NCBI GenBank assembly: GCA_051530055.1
Contig: CM121341.1
Coordinates: 17,276,784 to 17,340,783, forward strand
Origin: Neoechinorhynchus agilis
Taxonomy: Eukaryota; Animalia; Acanthocephala
Direction: 5' to 3'
DNA: 64,000 nt
The notes below the pieces were generated by a model. The model made no database searches, was not told the origin of the DNA, and was given only the letters and a program-made list of their open reading frames with translations. The position numbers and the translations under genes are program-made. This document shows positions 63,532 to 64,000 of this stretch, piece after piece. How positions within the stretch are numbered: position 1 is the first letter of the stretch; the number at the start of each line of letters is the position of its first letter.

Positions 63532-64000
63532 GTTCTGATGAAGAGATACAAATCTAAACCTTATTAGTATATCGTCCAGTTAAATAACAACAAACTAACC
63601 AATTTCTCTGAGAAGAATGATATTATAAGAATAAAATAAGGACAACGAAATGGTACCATTGAACTCTATTGCAAATTTTAAAACATAAATGTGACCAAAT
63701 ATCGTCGTTGCAATAGATGACGACAGCGAATTAAGGTTGTGGATTTCGATTTGATCATAGTTCATTTTTCATTCAGCGCGCATACAAGACCATCGTTCTT
63801 ATTTGCAAATGCAGATTTCAAACGTTACTAATTTGGTTGTTTAAAGTTAGTGAACCAGGGATAACAAAACAAATAAATGATTCTTTAATTCGTTAACAAG
63901 TGCATTTTTTCAATGAATTTTTTTTATTCTCTATGAAACGTTTCAACAATCACCACCGTCCGCGAAGAGACACCGCTCTCCCCTCGGTGGTCGCGACCTT

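Noticed and set aside
1-64000. CRISPR arrays, rRNA, tRNA and prokaryotic systems
   Set aside because: None seen; the sequence is eukaryotic with spliceosomal introns, and its repeats lack repeat-spacer structure.

Overview
AT-rich DNA from a compact animal genome (organism not identifiable from the sequence). Genes are intron-poor, and most introns I could reconstruct are 41-55 nt GT-AG. Recognisable genes: a Tudor-domain protein, ATP5S/DMAC2L, a BRPF/JADE-like PZP protein, GTF2H2, three related bHLH genes, a rhodopsin-type GPCR, a TRPM2-like channel with a NUDT9-H domain, RALGAPA, CDC27, TMUB, NUF2, NOP2 and one unidentified gene. Mobile DNA: Penelope-like (PLE) RT/GIY-YIG remnants, several minimal hammerhead-like motifs, a CRE-clade 3' fragment, a LINE RT remnant, five 130-180 bp fold-back elements and a 131-bp satellite with dimeric structure. 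Most notable signals: (1) about 11 genes have a 3' splice acceptor 0-17 nt before the start codon, and RALGAPA-CDC27 are only 64 bp apart, suggesting spliced-leader trans-splicing and an operon; (2) three junctions inside conserved motifs (TRPM2 S4-S5, RalGAP GAP domain, NOP2 FDxxxDAPC) have no acceptable GT-AG solution, implying non-canonical introns, editing or assembly errors; (3) PLE hammerhead-derived fold-back mini-elements share identical termini. All gene models and homology calls were made by hand from remembered family motifs; no searches or alignments were run.
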